A stretch of 35,354 nt of DNA from Candidatus Methanodesulfokora washburnensis. Lineage in GTDB: Archaea > Korarchaeota > Korarchaeia > Korarchaeales > Korarchaeaceae. The stretch is taken from the NCBI RefSeq assembly GCF_003947435.1, contig NZ_RCOS01000025.1, forward strand, positions 1 to 35,354, written 5' to 3'. This document shows positions 1-8,819 of the stretch, in pieces (position 1 is the stretch's first letter; every line of letters starts with the position of its first letter). The notes under the pieces are model-generated. The model had not been told where the DNA came from and searched no databases. It saw only the letters and a program-made list of their open reading frames with translations. The translations under genes and the position numbers were made by a program.

Positions 1-80
1 AGCAGTTTGTTGTACTGGATGAGCTGCCAGCACAAAATCGCCAGCAGAACAATGATCAGGATAACATACTTCCTGTCCAT
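1..80 (-). CDS. Partial CDS: only the N-terminal 26 codons lie in the window, and the ORF runs off the left edge. It encodes a hydrophobic signal-anchor-like N-terminus (MDRKYVILIIVLLAILCWQLIQYNKL...).
   Basis: ATG at 78-80 on the reverse strand; reading frame open to the window edge; AT-rich TATA-like stretch (coords ~100-115) 20-35 nt upstream. Confidence 0.3.
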   Translation of the reverse strand, partial: MDRKYVILIIVLLAILCWQLIQYNKL

Positions 81-269
81 AGCTTTTCGCTTGAAGCTCT
101 TCTTTATATTTCTTTGGGTAAAAGAAGATAATAAATATGAACTGACTATTTAATATCGCTTTTCTTCAGAATTCTTTGATGAATGCCGAAATTCCAAGAG
201 CCTTAGACCTCTCGTGGAGGATAAAGGAGCTTATCCCTTGTGAAATTTCTGCTTTAATGTTTTACAATT

Positions 270-1988
270 TCAGGAGGTCATTTTCAGCCTGCTGACAAAA
301 ACTTTAGCGGCAAGCTCTATCCCCTCATCCCTTCTTGTTTTCCATGCCTGAAGTCTGCTACGGAATATTTTAGACCCTGCAGTCTCTCTGCCGAAAAATC
401 CTTGCCTCTCCAGCTCAGAGAGCATTTCCATAGCAATAGACTCCGATTCTTTTTCATCTATCTGAATTCCCATAGCACCTGCTATTTCGCTCAAGCGACT
501 TTTGGTAATTCCCACCTTTATTTGTTTTCCATCTTTTTCGTCAGGCTTCAGCTTTTGTACCAGCTTCTCTGCTATTTCCTTGCATTTCTTGGGAAGATCC
601 TCTACCTTAGGCATTGCTTTCTCCGGAACTCCTGATGAAATCTCTATATACCTGAGGGAGTTCTGTATCTTTGCCTCCAGATCCTCCTTTATCCTCAGAT
701 CTACAAGAAATCCAAAAGGATCGCTCAGATATATCGCTGGTCTCATCAGCTCATAGGGTATTGATATGTAGTCAATTGGATTTTGTATCTCTTTCTCGAT
801 CTCATTTATCAGATCCTCTATATGCTCCGGCTCCTCCTTGGAGATCCATATTATTAGTAGGGGACCTGATTGTCCATATTTTATCAGCTGATCCTTTCTT
901 GCCTTAAGACTGCTATAATATCCGCACTTTATCTCAATATTAACCTTCTTCACAGGCCTTCCTGATGCTATCACGCCTGGATAGATATCATAGCATAGAT
1001 CCGGTCCAGGACCCTCCATTTTCATAATTTCTGCTATATACTGCTTTTTCTCAACCTCAAACCTCATCTTTCCTATATACCTGCTAATAAGCCCTTTAAG
1101 CACCTCCTCAATTTTATCTCCTTCTTCTGTTTTATCAAGAGGCATGAAATCTTTCCTTAAATTCCTCAGAATAACCATATATTCACTAAGAAGACTTTTT
1201 ACACAGGTTCCCACGGAGTCGAACCCAGTTACCCTCTCTCTGAAGAACCTTCCCCACTCGAGGAGCATTGCAAGGACATCTGATGCATGATCCTTTGGAA
1301 AAATATCCTTTTCAGCTGAGTATATGAGTGCAAGAATCCCCTTCATTAGGGGCAAAAGTTTCTCAGGAGGTAATCTTTCGTAGTCTGTTGGAATGCCAAG
1401 TCTAAATTTCTTAATCCTTCTCCATAATCTCTGATCATACTTTTCTATTGCATTATAACTTCTTCTGTTCAGAAGAAGAATAACTGCAATCCTTTTATTA
1501 TCTTTTGGCTCCTCAGCGTGAAGAATAAGTATACTTCCGAGCTTTTCAACGACTTTTTTCCTTTCTTCTTCGCTTAGACTACCCAGAAGAGAATCCATCT
1601 CGTCTATAAAAATCACATTTCTTCCTCTCAAATTTTCAAGCAGATTGCCAATTTTATCGATGTCATCTCGACTTTCTATCCTGATATAATGCGGCTCTAC
1701 ATCCGGTCTTGTTTTCTTCAGCTCTTTTAGGGCAAATAAAGCTATTTGAGACTTCCCACTTCCTGCCTCACCTACAATACAGTAAATCCCAGTGTAGTCA
1801 TATTCCTCTATAGTTTTGCTTATATCCTCTATGATGAGTTCCATCGCCTCCGGATCGATCAGTAATCCTCTAATTTTTTCAAGCTCTATGTCTTTTACTG
1901 GCTTTCCACTCTCCCACATCTTTAATATTTGGCCTGAAAATTCTCTGAGATTGGATGCTTTTTCTTCTATCTCACTTAATAGCTCCAT
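270..1988 (-). CDS. P-loop NTPase (Walker A GEAGSGKS, Walker B VIFIDEMD, KaiC/Arch_ATPase-like). The C-terminal half has a candidate PD-(D/E)xK-like motif (D...EIK) and a terminal helix-turn-helix. Unknown function.
   Basis: 572-aa ORF with ATG start; Walker A and B motifs visible in the translation; overlaps the upstream 228-aa gene by 13 nt, consistent with an operon. Confidence 0.6.
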   Translation of the reverse strand: MELLSEIEEKASNLREFSGQILKMWESGKPVKDIELEKIRGLLIDPEAMELIIEDISKTIEEYDYTGIYCIVGEAGSGKSQIALFALKELKKTRPDVEPHYIRIESRDDIDKIGNLLENLRGRNVIFIDEMDSLLGSLSEEERKKVVEKLGSILILHAEEPKDNKRIAVILLLNRRSYNAIEKYDQRLWRRIKKFRLGIPTDYERLPPEKLLPLMKGILALIYSAEKDIFPKDHASDVLAMLLEWGRFFRERVTGFDSVGTCVKSLLSEYMVILRNLRKDFMPLDKTEEGDKIEEVLKGLISRYIGKMRFEVEKKQYIAEIMKMEGPGPDLCYDIYPGVIASGRPVKKVNIEIKCGYYSSLKARKDQLIKYGQSGPLLIIWISKEEPEHIEDLINEIEKEIQNPIDYISIPYELMRPAIYLSDPFGFLVDLRIKEDLEAKIQNSLRYIEISSGVPEKAMPKVEDLPKKCKEIAEKLVQKLKPDEKDGKQIKVGITKSRLSEIAGAMGIQIDEKESESIAMEMLSELERQGFFGRETAGSKIFRSRLQAWKTRRDEGIELAAKVFVSRLKMTS

Positions 1989-2662
1989 TTCAGGCTCACC
2001 TTTGCTGAAAGAGGTATTATTATCCTATAAGAGAACCCGCCGTCAAACTCCTTCACTCTTGCTAAGAAGACATCAGGTATTCCTTTTATTTCTCTCTCTG
2101 AAAGCCCTTCAAATTTGCTGACTCCATCAAGCTTCAGCGGTTTTCCTTTATAGTATACTTCCACAAATCCTCTCTTCAGAAGGTTCAGGACAGCACTTTC
2201 TGGACAACCAAATTTCTTGAATATATCGGAGAACTTTGTTGATCCTTTTATCCTAAGGAAAGTGAGAATCTTTGATTCCATACTGCTTGAAGGGAAAACT
2301 GCTCTGACAGTTATACACAGACCAGCCTGTTTCATACATGAGAAAAGGAGCTCAGCAAAGCCAAGATTTATGTTAAGACCCCTAGATTTGAGGGACTCTC
2401 TCAGTAATACTGGGCTGAGACCAAGACCTCTTTCCTCAAGATCTATAATCGCCTGATTCAGAACCTCCTTTCCTATTTTTTCTATGATCTCCTCGGAAAA
2501 ACCCATTATCCCCCTGCTAAAAGGGTCTTTGCCACACCACTTCCTCAGGACTTCGATAGCTCTCATATACTTTTTGTCTCTCTCACTAGGCTTTATCCTG
2601 TTACTCCCAATTAGCAAGAGCTTTTTCAGACTTAGCCCTTGGGGAATTTTTGGAAGTTCCAT
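1976..2662 (-). CDS. Hypothetical protein with a probable winged-helix DNA-binding domain (…ILTFLRIKGSTKFSDIFKKFGCPESAVLNLLKRGFVE…). First gene of a two-gene operon with the ATPase at 270-1988.
   Basis: 228-aa ORF with ATG at 2660-2662; A/T-rich TATA-like stretch 15-30 nt upstream (2675-2690); translationally coupled to the downstream ORF. Confidence 0.5.
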   Translation of the reverse strand: MELPKIPQGLSLKKLLLIGSNRIKPSERDKKYMRAIEVLRKWCGKDPFSRGIMGFSEEIIEKIGKEVLNQAIIDLEERGLGLSPVLLRESLKSRGLNINLGFAELLFSCMKQAGLCITVRAVFPSSSMESKILTFLRIKGSTKFSDIFKKFGCPESAVLNLLKRGFVEVYYKGKPLKLDGVSKFEGLSEREIKGIPDVFLARVKEFDGGFSYRIIIPLSAKVSLKWSY

Positions 2663-2804
2663 TAAGTAAATTTGGTAGAATAAAAATTTTTCTATGGTAC
2701 TTTTTTTGGAACAAACCTATCATCGCAATGAGACTTCTATGCGATAATTCTATTATTTCACAGAATTCCGCAAAGTTTTTATAATTAGCTGAGCTCAGCC
2801 CGCT

Positions 2805-3005
2805 ATGCTAAGTAATCAACTGGAGGAACATGGATCTGGCTGGCTTCTGAAGATTCTCTCTGATGAGATAAGAAAAAGGCATCCTGAACTTGAATCAGAA
2901 CTCGAGAAAGCACTTAGAGATCTGAATGAGGGATCCGAGGAGGAGAGGCTTTCAGCCCTGAAGTGGATCCTGAGCTTCTCGGAGCTGGTGCTGGATCGCA
3001 TTTAA
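2805..3005 (+). CDS. Small hypothetical helical protein (66 aa) in the divergent intergenic region. Uncertain.
   Basis: ATG-initiated ORF in an otherwise 567-bp non-coding gap; an antisense ORF of similar size exists (2816-3001), so coding status is unproven. Confidence 0.25.
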   Translation: MLSNQLEEHGSGWLLKILSDEIRKRHPELESELEKALRDLNEGSEEERLSALKWILSFSELVLDRI

Positions 3006-3229
3006 TCGCCATAACCCGATTGAAAATCTATTCAATATTTGACTTTTCAATTCTTGTAGATTTATCTTTTTTAATTCTTCTGCATCAGCTTGGAATTCAA
3101 GTTTAGATTCCAAATTAGGTTGGGATCTCAAACAACAAAGGCGTATTTACGAAACTGCAAAAGGAGATTGCAAACCATTGGGATCAGAAGAACAATAAGC
3201 TTTTTAAGATATTCATTACTTAGGGTGTT

Positions 3230-4414
3230 ATGAGCTCCAAGACTGTTGTAGATGGTGTCTACTGGATAAGCGTTAATGACAGGAATAAGAAGCTTTTTGA
3301 GGCTCTGTGGCCTTTACCCAATGGGATATCCTACAACTCATATGCTGTTGTTGGAAATGATGCTGTTGCCCTCATAGATGCTGCTCCGGAGGAGTTTCTG
3401 CAGGATTACATCAACGGAGTTGAGGAGGTTGTCGGCGATTTCTCCAAGGTCAAGTACTTGGTGATGAACCACTTGGAGCCGGATCATCATGGAGCCACCC
3501 CATATATCCTGCAGAAGTTCAGCCACATCAAAGTTGTTACCTCAGTTTCTGCCAGCAGATTTATTCACTCCCTATATAAGGTGCCAGCAGACCGGATTTT
3601 TGCAGTTAAGGATGGGGATACCCTAGATCTAGGAGGTAGGAGGCTTAGGTTCATCTATGCCCCCTGGCTTCACTGGCCTGAGACCATGTTTACCTATCTT
3701 GAGGGCTCCGGAGTTCTCTTTTCCTGCGATGCCTTTGGCGCTTATGGTGCATTGGAGAATGTTTTTGACGATGAAGTAGACTTGGAGTACTACCTGACTG
3801 AAGCCAAGAGGTATTACGCTAACATCGTAGCCAAGTACGGCAAGAACGTCTTGGATGCCCTTGAGAAGGTCAAGGGCATGGAGATAAAGATAATAGCTCC
3901 TTCCCATGGCCCAATTTACCGCAGTAATATCGGAAGGATTCTGGAGCTTTATAGGAAATGGGCCACACCAGAGCCGGACAAACACAGGGCTTTGCTGGTT
4001 TATGGATCGATGTATGGAAGGACTAAGAGAATTGCAGAGCTGGTAGCTGGGAAGCTCAGGGAAATAGGCTTCTCGGTTAACACCTTTGACGTGTCGGAAA
4101 CTCATCCCTCATACATACTGGCTGAGCTTCTGGATGCATATCTGCTCTTTGTGGTCTATCCAACTTATGAAGGCGGAGTCTTTCCCTATATTCACAACCT
4201 GCTAAATCTGCTTCAGTCCAAGGATTTCGGAAAGGGCAGGGTGGCTGCGGTTATAAATGCTCATGCATGGGCCCCCACCTCCAGACAGGTAGTTGATGCC
4301 CTGCAGAAGGCTGGATTCAGGGTTTTGGAGCCTGCTGTGGATGCAAAGGCCTTGCCGGATGAGAAAGCAATAGCAAGCATGGAGAAGCTTTTTGAGGCAG
4401 TGAAGGAGCTTTAA
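3230..4414 (+). CDS. fprA: Flavodiiron protein (type A flavoprotein, rubredoxin:oxygen/NO oxidoreductase family). Metallo-beta-lactamase-like diiron domain plus C-terminal flavodoxin domain.
   Basis: 394-aa ORF; diiron ligand motif NHLEPDHHG (H-x-E-x-D-H); C-terminal flavodoxin signature LLVYGSMYGRTKRIAELVA; ATG start with A/T-rich promoter upstream. Confidence 0.85.
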   Translation: MSSKTVVDGVYWISVNDRNKKLFEALWPLPNGISYNSYAVVGNDAVALIDAAPEEFLQDYINGVEEVVGDFSKVKYLVMNHLEPDHHGATPYILQKFSHIKVVTSVSASRFIHSLYKVPADRIFAVKDGDTLDLGGRRLRFIYAPWLHWPETMFTYLEGSGVLFSCDAFGAYGALENVFDDEVDLEYYLTEAKRYYANIVAKYGKNVLDALEKVKGMEIKIIAPSHGPIYRSNIGRILELYRKWATPEPDKHRALLVYGSMYGRTKRIAELVAGKLREIGFSVNTFDVSETHPSYILAELLDAYLLFVVYPTYEGGVFPYIHNLLNLLQSKDFGKGRVAAVINAHAWAPTSRQVVDALQKAGFRVLEPAVDAKALPDEKAIASMEKLFEAVKEL

Positions 4415-4441
4415 TATAATTTTTGACAGCTTTAAATTTTT

Positions 4442-4762
4442 TTACTTTTTCTCCAGCTTAGAGGCAAGAATGAGAGTTATTGTTATACCAGCTATGAAGA
4501 CAGAGAGCGGTATCTGGGGTTGAAGGTTTCTGATAGGCAGTGCAACAGATATCGAAAGGAGAAATCCTCCCCACCACATGCAAATAGCCGGTTTTGAGAA
4601 AACTCCCGTTAAAGGCTTTTCCCTCTTTGATATCCCGATGTAAACAAGCCAAGCCCCTATGATTCCGATGAAAACAGACAAAGCTATATCAAAGCTGACC
4701 ATTGATACCAGCAATCCAGCTATGACAGCAATCAGCAGGATTACGGCATCAAAAACTCTCAT
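4442..4762 (-). CDS. Small integral membrane protein (106 aa, about three TM helices). Last gene of the minus-strand cluster 4442-8719.
   Basis: Strongly hydrophobic translation; stop of the upstream 485-aa gene overlaps its start; T-rich terminator-like tract downstream (4415-4441 on the minus strand). Confidence 0.55.
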   Translation of the reverse strand: MRVFDAVILLIAVIAGLLVSMVSFDIALSVFIGIIGAWLVYIGISKREKPLTGVFSKPAICMWWGGFLLSISVALPIRNLQPQIPLSVFIAGITITLILASKLEKK

Positions 4763-6216
4763 AGAGCCACCTCCACTAAATTATCAGCCTTTATCAGAAC
4801 TGGTGCCTCCTTAAGGACGGGAATATCGAAGATATCTCCCTTGAGTTTTGCAGGGACAAAGACAAGGCCCTTCACAGTTCCTGTCCCGAATTTAACCTTT
4901 CCTCCAGTTCTTCTTGATACCTCAGCCAGATAATCCTCAAGCAGCCTATCGGCCTGCTCTCTCGTGATGACAGGAGGTATGACTGCCGTGGACCAGCTTA
5001 TCGATGACCTTCTCGGCTCCGGAATTACCTCACTTCCCCTGCTCAGCTTCTCCTCCCTCCCCTTCAGCATGTCCATAAGCTTTCCCGATCTCATCATGAA
5101 CACATCGGATACCGAATTTTCAGCAGGGATAGCTGACACCAGAGTTACGTCCTCAACCATCTTCCCCTTCTTTGCCATCAGCACACCTGTTACAAATGTG
5201 TAGGTTATGGAGACAAGCCACATGGGGATCAGGATATCTCCCTCTCCTGGCAATAGCTCTATCTCTCCTTTTCCCGTCTTAGCAGATATTATATCGCTTA
5301 TAGACTGAGATATCTCCCTGTATACCGATATATCTGCATTTATCTCCTTCCTGAATTTCTCAACAATGGAAAAGAACTTCCATATCCTTGCCATAAGCTC
5401 GTTAGGATCTCCTCCAGCCTCAAAATATGCGATTGCTGCTGTTGACAGGTTTTCTATTGTCTCAATAACTCTAATTTCCTTCTCTATTCCCGGTATCATA
5501 AATGCATACTCCGGGTTGTTTGCCTCCTCTCTCGATTTCTTAATGTAGGATAAAGCCTCATCTGCCTTCATCTTTGCTCCTTTAGGATCTCCATTGAAAA
5601 GGGAGTTTATTGCATCATAGGCAAGGGATGCAGCTTTTATCCTATCCTGCAGCGCATTTCTTCCCTCGGCATATTTTAATGCCTCCTCTAGATTCCTCTT
5701 TATCAGATCAAAATCAGCTTTCTCATTTATAAGGGAAAGAGCATTGAGCAGGTATGCATAAAGGCCTCCGTTTCCCATAACTTCTGAGAAGAATGCCCTG
5801 TCCTCATCCACAACAACTAATGGTGATAGGCCCTCTATCCTAGCCAGCTTTTCATATGCTCCCTTTGGGTTGTCATCGAGCTTAACATCCCATTGAGGGA
5901 GCCTTATCACGGAATCAGAGAGGATAAGGGAAAGCCTCGCTCTGTACATTGAGTTCTCCGCAATAAGCCTTGGTTTTACATTGTAGGCAAAGAGGTTATG
6001 CCTAGCAACTACATCTGCCACCTCAGATGTTATCACAGCAGGGGGGATCATCTCGCTTATCCACTTGAATATCTCCCCCCTCAGCTTATCCACGTACTGC
6101 CTTGCATCTACTATTCTTTGCACATACCCGCAGTACTCGCACTTCACATACTCTCCTTCGGGTTTTGGAAGGGGGGCACCGCACTTGACACATCTGAGGA
6201 GCTCCAAGTCGATCAA
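4759..6216 (-). CDS. Hypothetical protein with an N-terminal zinc ribbon (CVKCG…x13…CEYCG); otherwise alpha-helical. Member of the SPFH-associated cluster.
   Basis: 485-aa ORF. The only in-frame start after the upstream stop is TTG at 6214-6216 (no ATG until far downstream), so the N-terminus depends on non-ATG initiation. Overlaps the upstream gene end. Confidence 0.55.
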   Translation of the reverse strand: MIDLELLRCVKCGAPLPKPEGEYVKCEYCGYVQRIVDARQYVDKLRGEIFKWISEMIPPAVITSEVADVVARHNLFAYNVKPRLIAENSMYRARLSLILSDSVIRLPQWDVKLDDNPKGAYEKLARIEGLSPLVVVDEDRAFFSEVMGNGGLYAYLLNALSLINEKADFDLIKRNLEEALKYAEGRNALQDRIKAASLAYDAINSLFNGDPKGAKMKADEALSYIKKSREEANNPEYAFMIPGIEKEIRVIETIENLSTAAIAYFEAGGDPNELMARIWKFFSIVEKFRKEINADISVYREISQSISDIISAKTGKGEIELLPGEGDILIPMWLVSITYTFVTGVLMAKKGKMVEDVTLVSAIPAENSVSDVFMMRSGKLMDMLKGREEKLSRGSEVIPEPRRSSISWSTAVIPPVITREQADRLLEDYLAEVSRRTGGKVKFGTGTVKGLVFVPAKLKGDIFDIPVLKEAPVLIKADNLVEVAL

Positions 6217-7220
6217 ACAACTCCACCTCTAAGCTCCCTTCTCATCTCCCTACCTAAATCTATTGGGGCCCTTTGCATGCCTTTAAGAATTGATATCTCG
6301 CTCTCAAGTGCCCTTATCCTTGCAAGAAGCTCCTCCTTCATCTCCATCATCATTCTTACTGCCTGATCATAATAGGCCTTTGCTATCCTGTCCGAAACCC
6401 CTTCTATTGCGCTGCTGCAAGCCCTGCATGCTATAACAGTTGAGCCCTCGATGCTCTGAGGAGAATCGCCTCCATATTTTGTCTTTATGTATGGGGTAAC
6501 CTCAGCATTCAAATGGACGAAGTGTATCTCCTCCCCCTGCACAATTCTGCCGCAGAACCAGCACTTTCCAACTTTTGCAGACTTTCTTGCTATCTCCTCA
6601 GCCTCCTTTATCATCTGCTCATTTGCCCCAAGCCTGAAGTATCCCATGGCCTGGGATAAGTGATCAGAAGCTTTCTCCGGATCCGAAAGAACGAGAATTT
6701 CCCCTCTTATCAAGCTTGCTATCCCCATCAGCTTGTTTGCCTTTGACATTGGGCTTTCAGAAGCAGCTTCTATCAGCCCCTGAAGCAAAAACTCATCCTT
6801 TCCAAGTGAATAAAGTTCTTTTGCAAGTTCCTCGCATTCCTTAGCTGTCTCCTCACTCTTATTATTAGTCCAGCTCTCCCTCAGCTTCATCTCCCTTCCC
6901 AGTATCTCTGCCTCTTTTGCCAGATCTGATGCCGTGATTTTCTGGGGTATTGTCAGGACTAAATCTGGCTTCATCGCTTTTGCAAGAGACGAGCATGTAA
7001 GCAGATCATCCGCGCTCTGCTTTGCAGCTGCATTATAAAGGGATGATAAGACAAGGGATATCTCGGCATCCCCCGTCTTTCCTGCGCTTTTAAAAAGCTC
7101 AGCTGCCTTCATGAAATGCTCAGCAGCATCTCCCCACTTCTTCTGATTTCTCAAGCTTACTGCCTTATCGAACTCCTCCCTTGCCCTCTCCTCAGGGCTC
7201 TTCCAAACCTTCCAGCTCAT
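6213..7220 (-). CDS. Hypothetical helical (TPR-like) protein with an internal zinc ribbon (CWFCGR…x19…CRAC). Member of the SPFH-associated cluster.
   Basis: 335-aa ORF with ATG at 7218-7220, 2 nt after the stop of the SPFH gene. Confidence 0.6.
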   Translation of the reverse strand: MSWKVWKSPEERAREEFDKAVSLRNQKKWGDAAEHFMKAAELFKSAGKTGDAEISLVLSSLYNAAAKQSADDLLTCSSLAKAMKPDLVLTIPQKITASDLAKEAEILGREMKLRESWTNNKSEETAKECEELAKELYSLGKDEFLLQGLIEAASESPMSKANKLMGIASLIRGEILVLSDPEKASDHLSQAMGYFRLGANEQMIKEAEEIARKSAKVGKCWFCGRIVQGEEIHFVHLNAEVTPYIKTKYGGDSPQSIEGSTVIACRACSSAIEGVSDRIAKAYYDQAVRMMMEMKEELLARIRALESEISILKGMQRAPIDLGREMRRELRGGVV

Positions 7221-7221
7221 G

Positions 7222-8211
7222 TTATCCCCTGCTCATCTCGTCGAGTATCTGCTTCTTCACCCTGTCGTAGTCCTCCTGAGTTATAAGTCCGTCATCAAGC
7301 ATTTTCTTCAGCTCCCTCAGCCTGTCTGCATAGCTCTTCTGTGCTGGCTGTGTTGGTTGCGCAGGTTGTGATGGTTGAGCTGGCTGCGCAGGCTGGGCTC
7401 CAAGCATCTGGGGTATGGCGAAAAGAGCACCCATTATCCCTGCACCCGGGGATTTGCCCAAAGCCCTCATTGATTCAACTGTCTTTACTATCTGAAGAAC
7501 CTGATCCTCCTCGCCCTTCTGTATCGCTATCAGGAGAGGAAGACCGTATGTCGGATCCTCCTTCTCCATCTTCTCCAGAAGTGGAAGCGATACTCCTCCC
7601 ATCTTCAGATCTATGAGCTCAAGCCCCCTCTGGGCAAATGCCTCCGCAACTACATCTGCCTTTATCCTCCTTGTAACCTCCTCCAGATTCGTGTAAACAT
7701 CAGTTGCAGACCTCTTTGAGAGCTCCTGCATCAAAAGCTCGCTCAGGAATGACCTTATGAAGTTGGAAACATCCTGAGTTGTCAGCGACTTAACAGCTCC
7801 TGCTATCTGTGTTAGAAAGAGGACTGGATCAGCCACCCTGAACCAGTAATCCCCGAAGGCCTGAAGCTCTGTTGTGTAAAGGGCATTAGGGCTTATCCTA
7901 ACCCTTGAGCTTATCCCGAACCTTCCCCTGAACTGCTTCAGGGATATGAAGACTATTGTTGCCTTGAACGGGGTTTCACCGTATCCCATCACCAATCTGT
8001 ATGCTCTGGTGAGAAGGGGTATGTTCTGCGTTGTTATCGTGTGCCTTCCAGGGTTTAGGACATCATATACCTTTCCATCCCTCATGAAGACAGCTGTCTC
8101 ATACTCATGAACTACAACTACCGAGCCCCACCTTATGTCCTCATAAGGATAAACCCATAAAATATCATCAGGGCCTGCATTTGTCCACTCTATCACATTG
8201 GTTTTGGACAT
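7222..8211 (-). CDS. SPFH/Band-7 family protein (Band_7_1-like N-terminal domain) with a low-complexity AQP/QPA-repeat linker and a C-terminal SHOCT domain (LRELKKMLDDGLITQEDYDRVKKQILDEM).
   Basis: 329-aa ORF with ATG start. The N-terminal motif pattern (…DILWVYPYEDIRWGSVVVVHEYETAVFMRDGKV…) is typical of the Band_7_1 SPFH family. The C-terminal SHOCT signature was recognised by eye. Confidence 0.7.
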   Translation of the reverse strand: MSKTNVIEWTNAGPDDILWVYPYEDIRWGSVVVVHEYETAVFMRDGKVYDVLNPGRHTITTQNIPLLTRAYRLVMGYGETPFKATIVFISLKQFRGRFGISSRVRISPNALYTTELQAFGDYWFRVADPVLFLTQIAGAVKSLTTQDVSNFIRSFLSELLMQELSKRSATDVYTNLEEVTRRIKADVVAEAFAQRGLELIDLKMGGVSLPLLEKMEKEDPTYGLPLLIAIQKGEEDQVLQIVKTVESMRALGKSPGAGIMGALFAIPQMLGAQPAQPAQPSQPAQPTQPAQKSYADRLRELKKMLDDGLITQEDYDRVKKQILDEMSRG

Positions 8212-8215
8212 TCAA

Positions 8216-8719
8216 TCACCTCCCCAGACCGAGCATGAAATCCCTTCTCTTGCTGAACACCTCCTCAAGCTCAGTTAGGCATGAATCAACTTCTGATATC
8301 TTTGATGGATCCTGAGAGATGTCATCTATGCTCTTCCTTATCTTCTCTATCTTCTCAGCAAGCATCGCATCAAAGCTCATGAGCTGGAGTATCTGCTTCT
8401 GGTTCACCTGTATCACATTCATCAGGGGTGCATAACCGTATGTTGCATGCCTTATTCTTTCTGCCATCGAGTCAAGCCTCATTATGAGCTTCTCCATCTC
8501 CTTTGCACGGGGATCATTTGATAGAGCAAGAGGCCTGTATGTGTTCTGAAGCTTTGCCTTTGCATTCCTGAGGTCATTGAAGAGGGTATCCCTTATAAGC
8601 CTGTCAGTCTCCCTGAGGACCTCCTTCTCCCTGTATCCCCTGTAGCCTGGGAAAACAGTGAGTATCTTCTCCAGAAGCCCTTTCTCCTGCTGGACAACAT
8701 CCAGATATCTCTTCTCCAT
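8216..8719 (-). CDS. Hypothetical coiled-coil protein (167 aa). First gene of the SPFH-associated cluster.
   Basis: ATG at 8717-8719; promoter-like A/T-rich region 8720-8819 upstream; 4-nt gap to the SPFH gene. Confidence 0.5.
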   Translation of the reverse strand: MEKRYLDVVQQEKGLLEKILTVFPGYRGYREKEVLRETDRLIRDTLFNDLRNAKAKLQNTYRPLALSNDPRAKEMEKLIMRLDSMAERIRHATYGYAPLMNVIQVNQKQILQLMSFDAMLAEKIEKIRKSIDDISQDPSKISEVDSCLTELEEVFSKRRDFMLGLGR

Positions 8720-8819
8720 GCTGTTTATCCCTCTGGGATTTTTCCCCAGCTAAACTAAAAAAGATTCTTCTATTAAATAATAAAGAGAAAACTCCGCCCT
8801 TGACCTTTGATAGTACTCT

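Noticed and set aside
402-907. Plus-strand ORFs 402-635, 502-756 and 671-907 (77-84 aa) inside the 572-aa ATPase gene. Similar antisense or alternate-frame ORFs occur elsewhere (e.g. 1816-2121, 2217-2456, 3338-3526, 3629-4105, 4458-4652, 4964-5203, 5366-5548, 5998-6366, 7341-7616, 10134-10382, 10467-10670, 10809-11120, 12135-12356, 14018-14642, 15607-15876, 29710-30087, 30487-30675, 32515-32811, 33619-34182, 34046-34968).
   Set aside because: All lie fully within, and antisense or out of frame to, longer ORFs that have clear family motifs. They have low-complexity or Ser/Leu-rich composition and no independent promoter spacing, which is typical of shadow ORFs.
2816-3001. Minus-strand 61-aa ORF mirroring the plus-strand 66-aa ORF at 2805-3005.
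   Set aside because: Only one strand can be coding if either is. The minus-strand translation is Ser-rich and low-complexity (SSTSSEKL…SSSDSSSG), whereas the plus-strand product is a balanced helical peptide. I kept the plus-strand ORF at low confidence and dropped this one.
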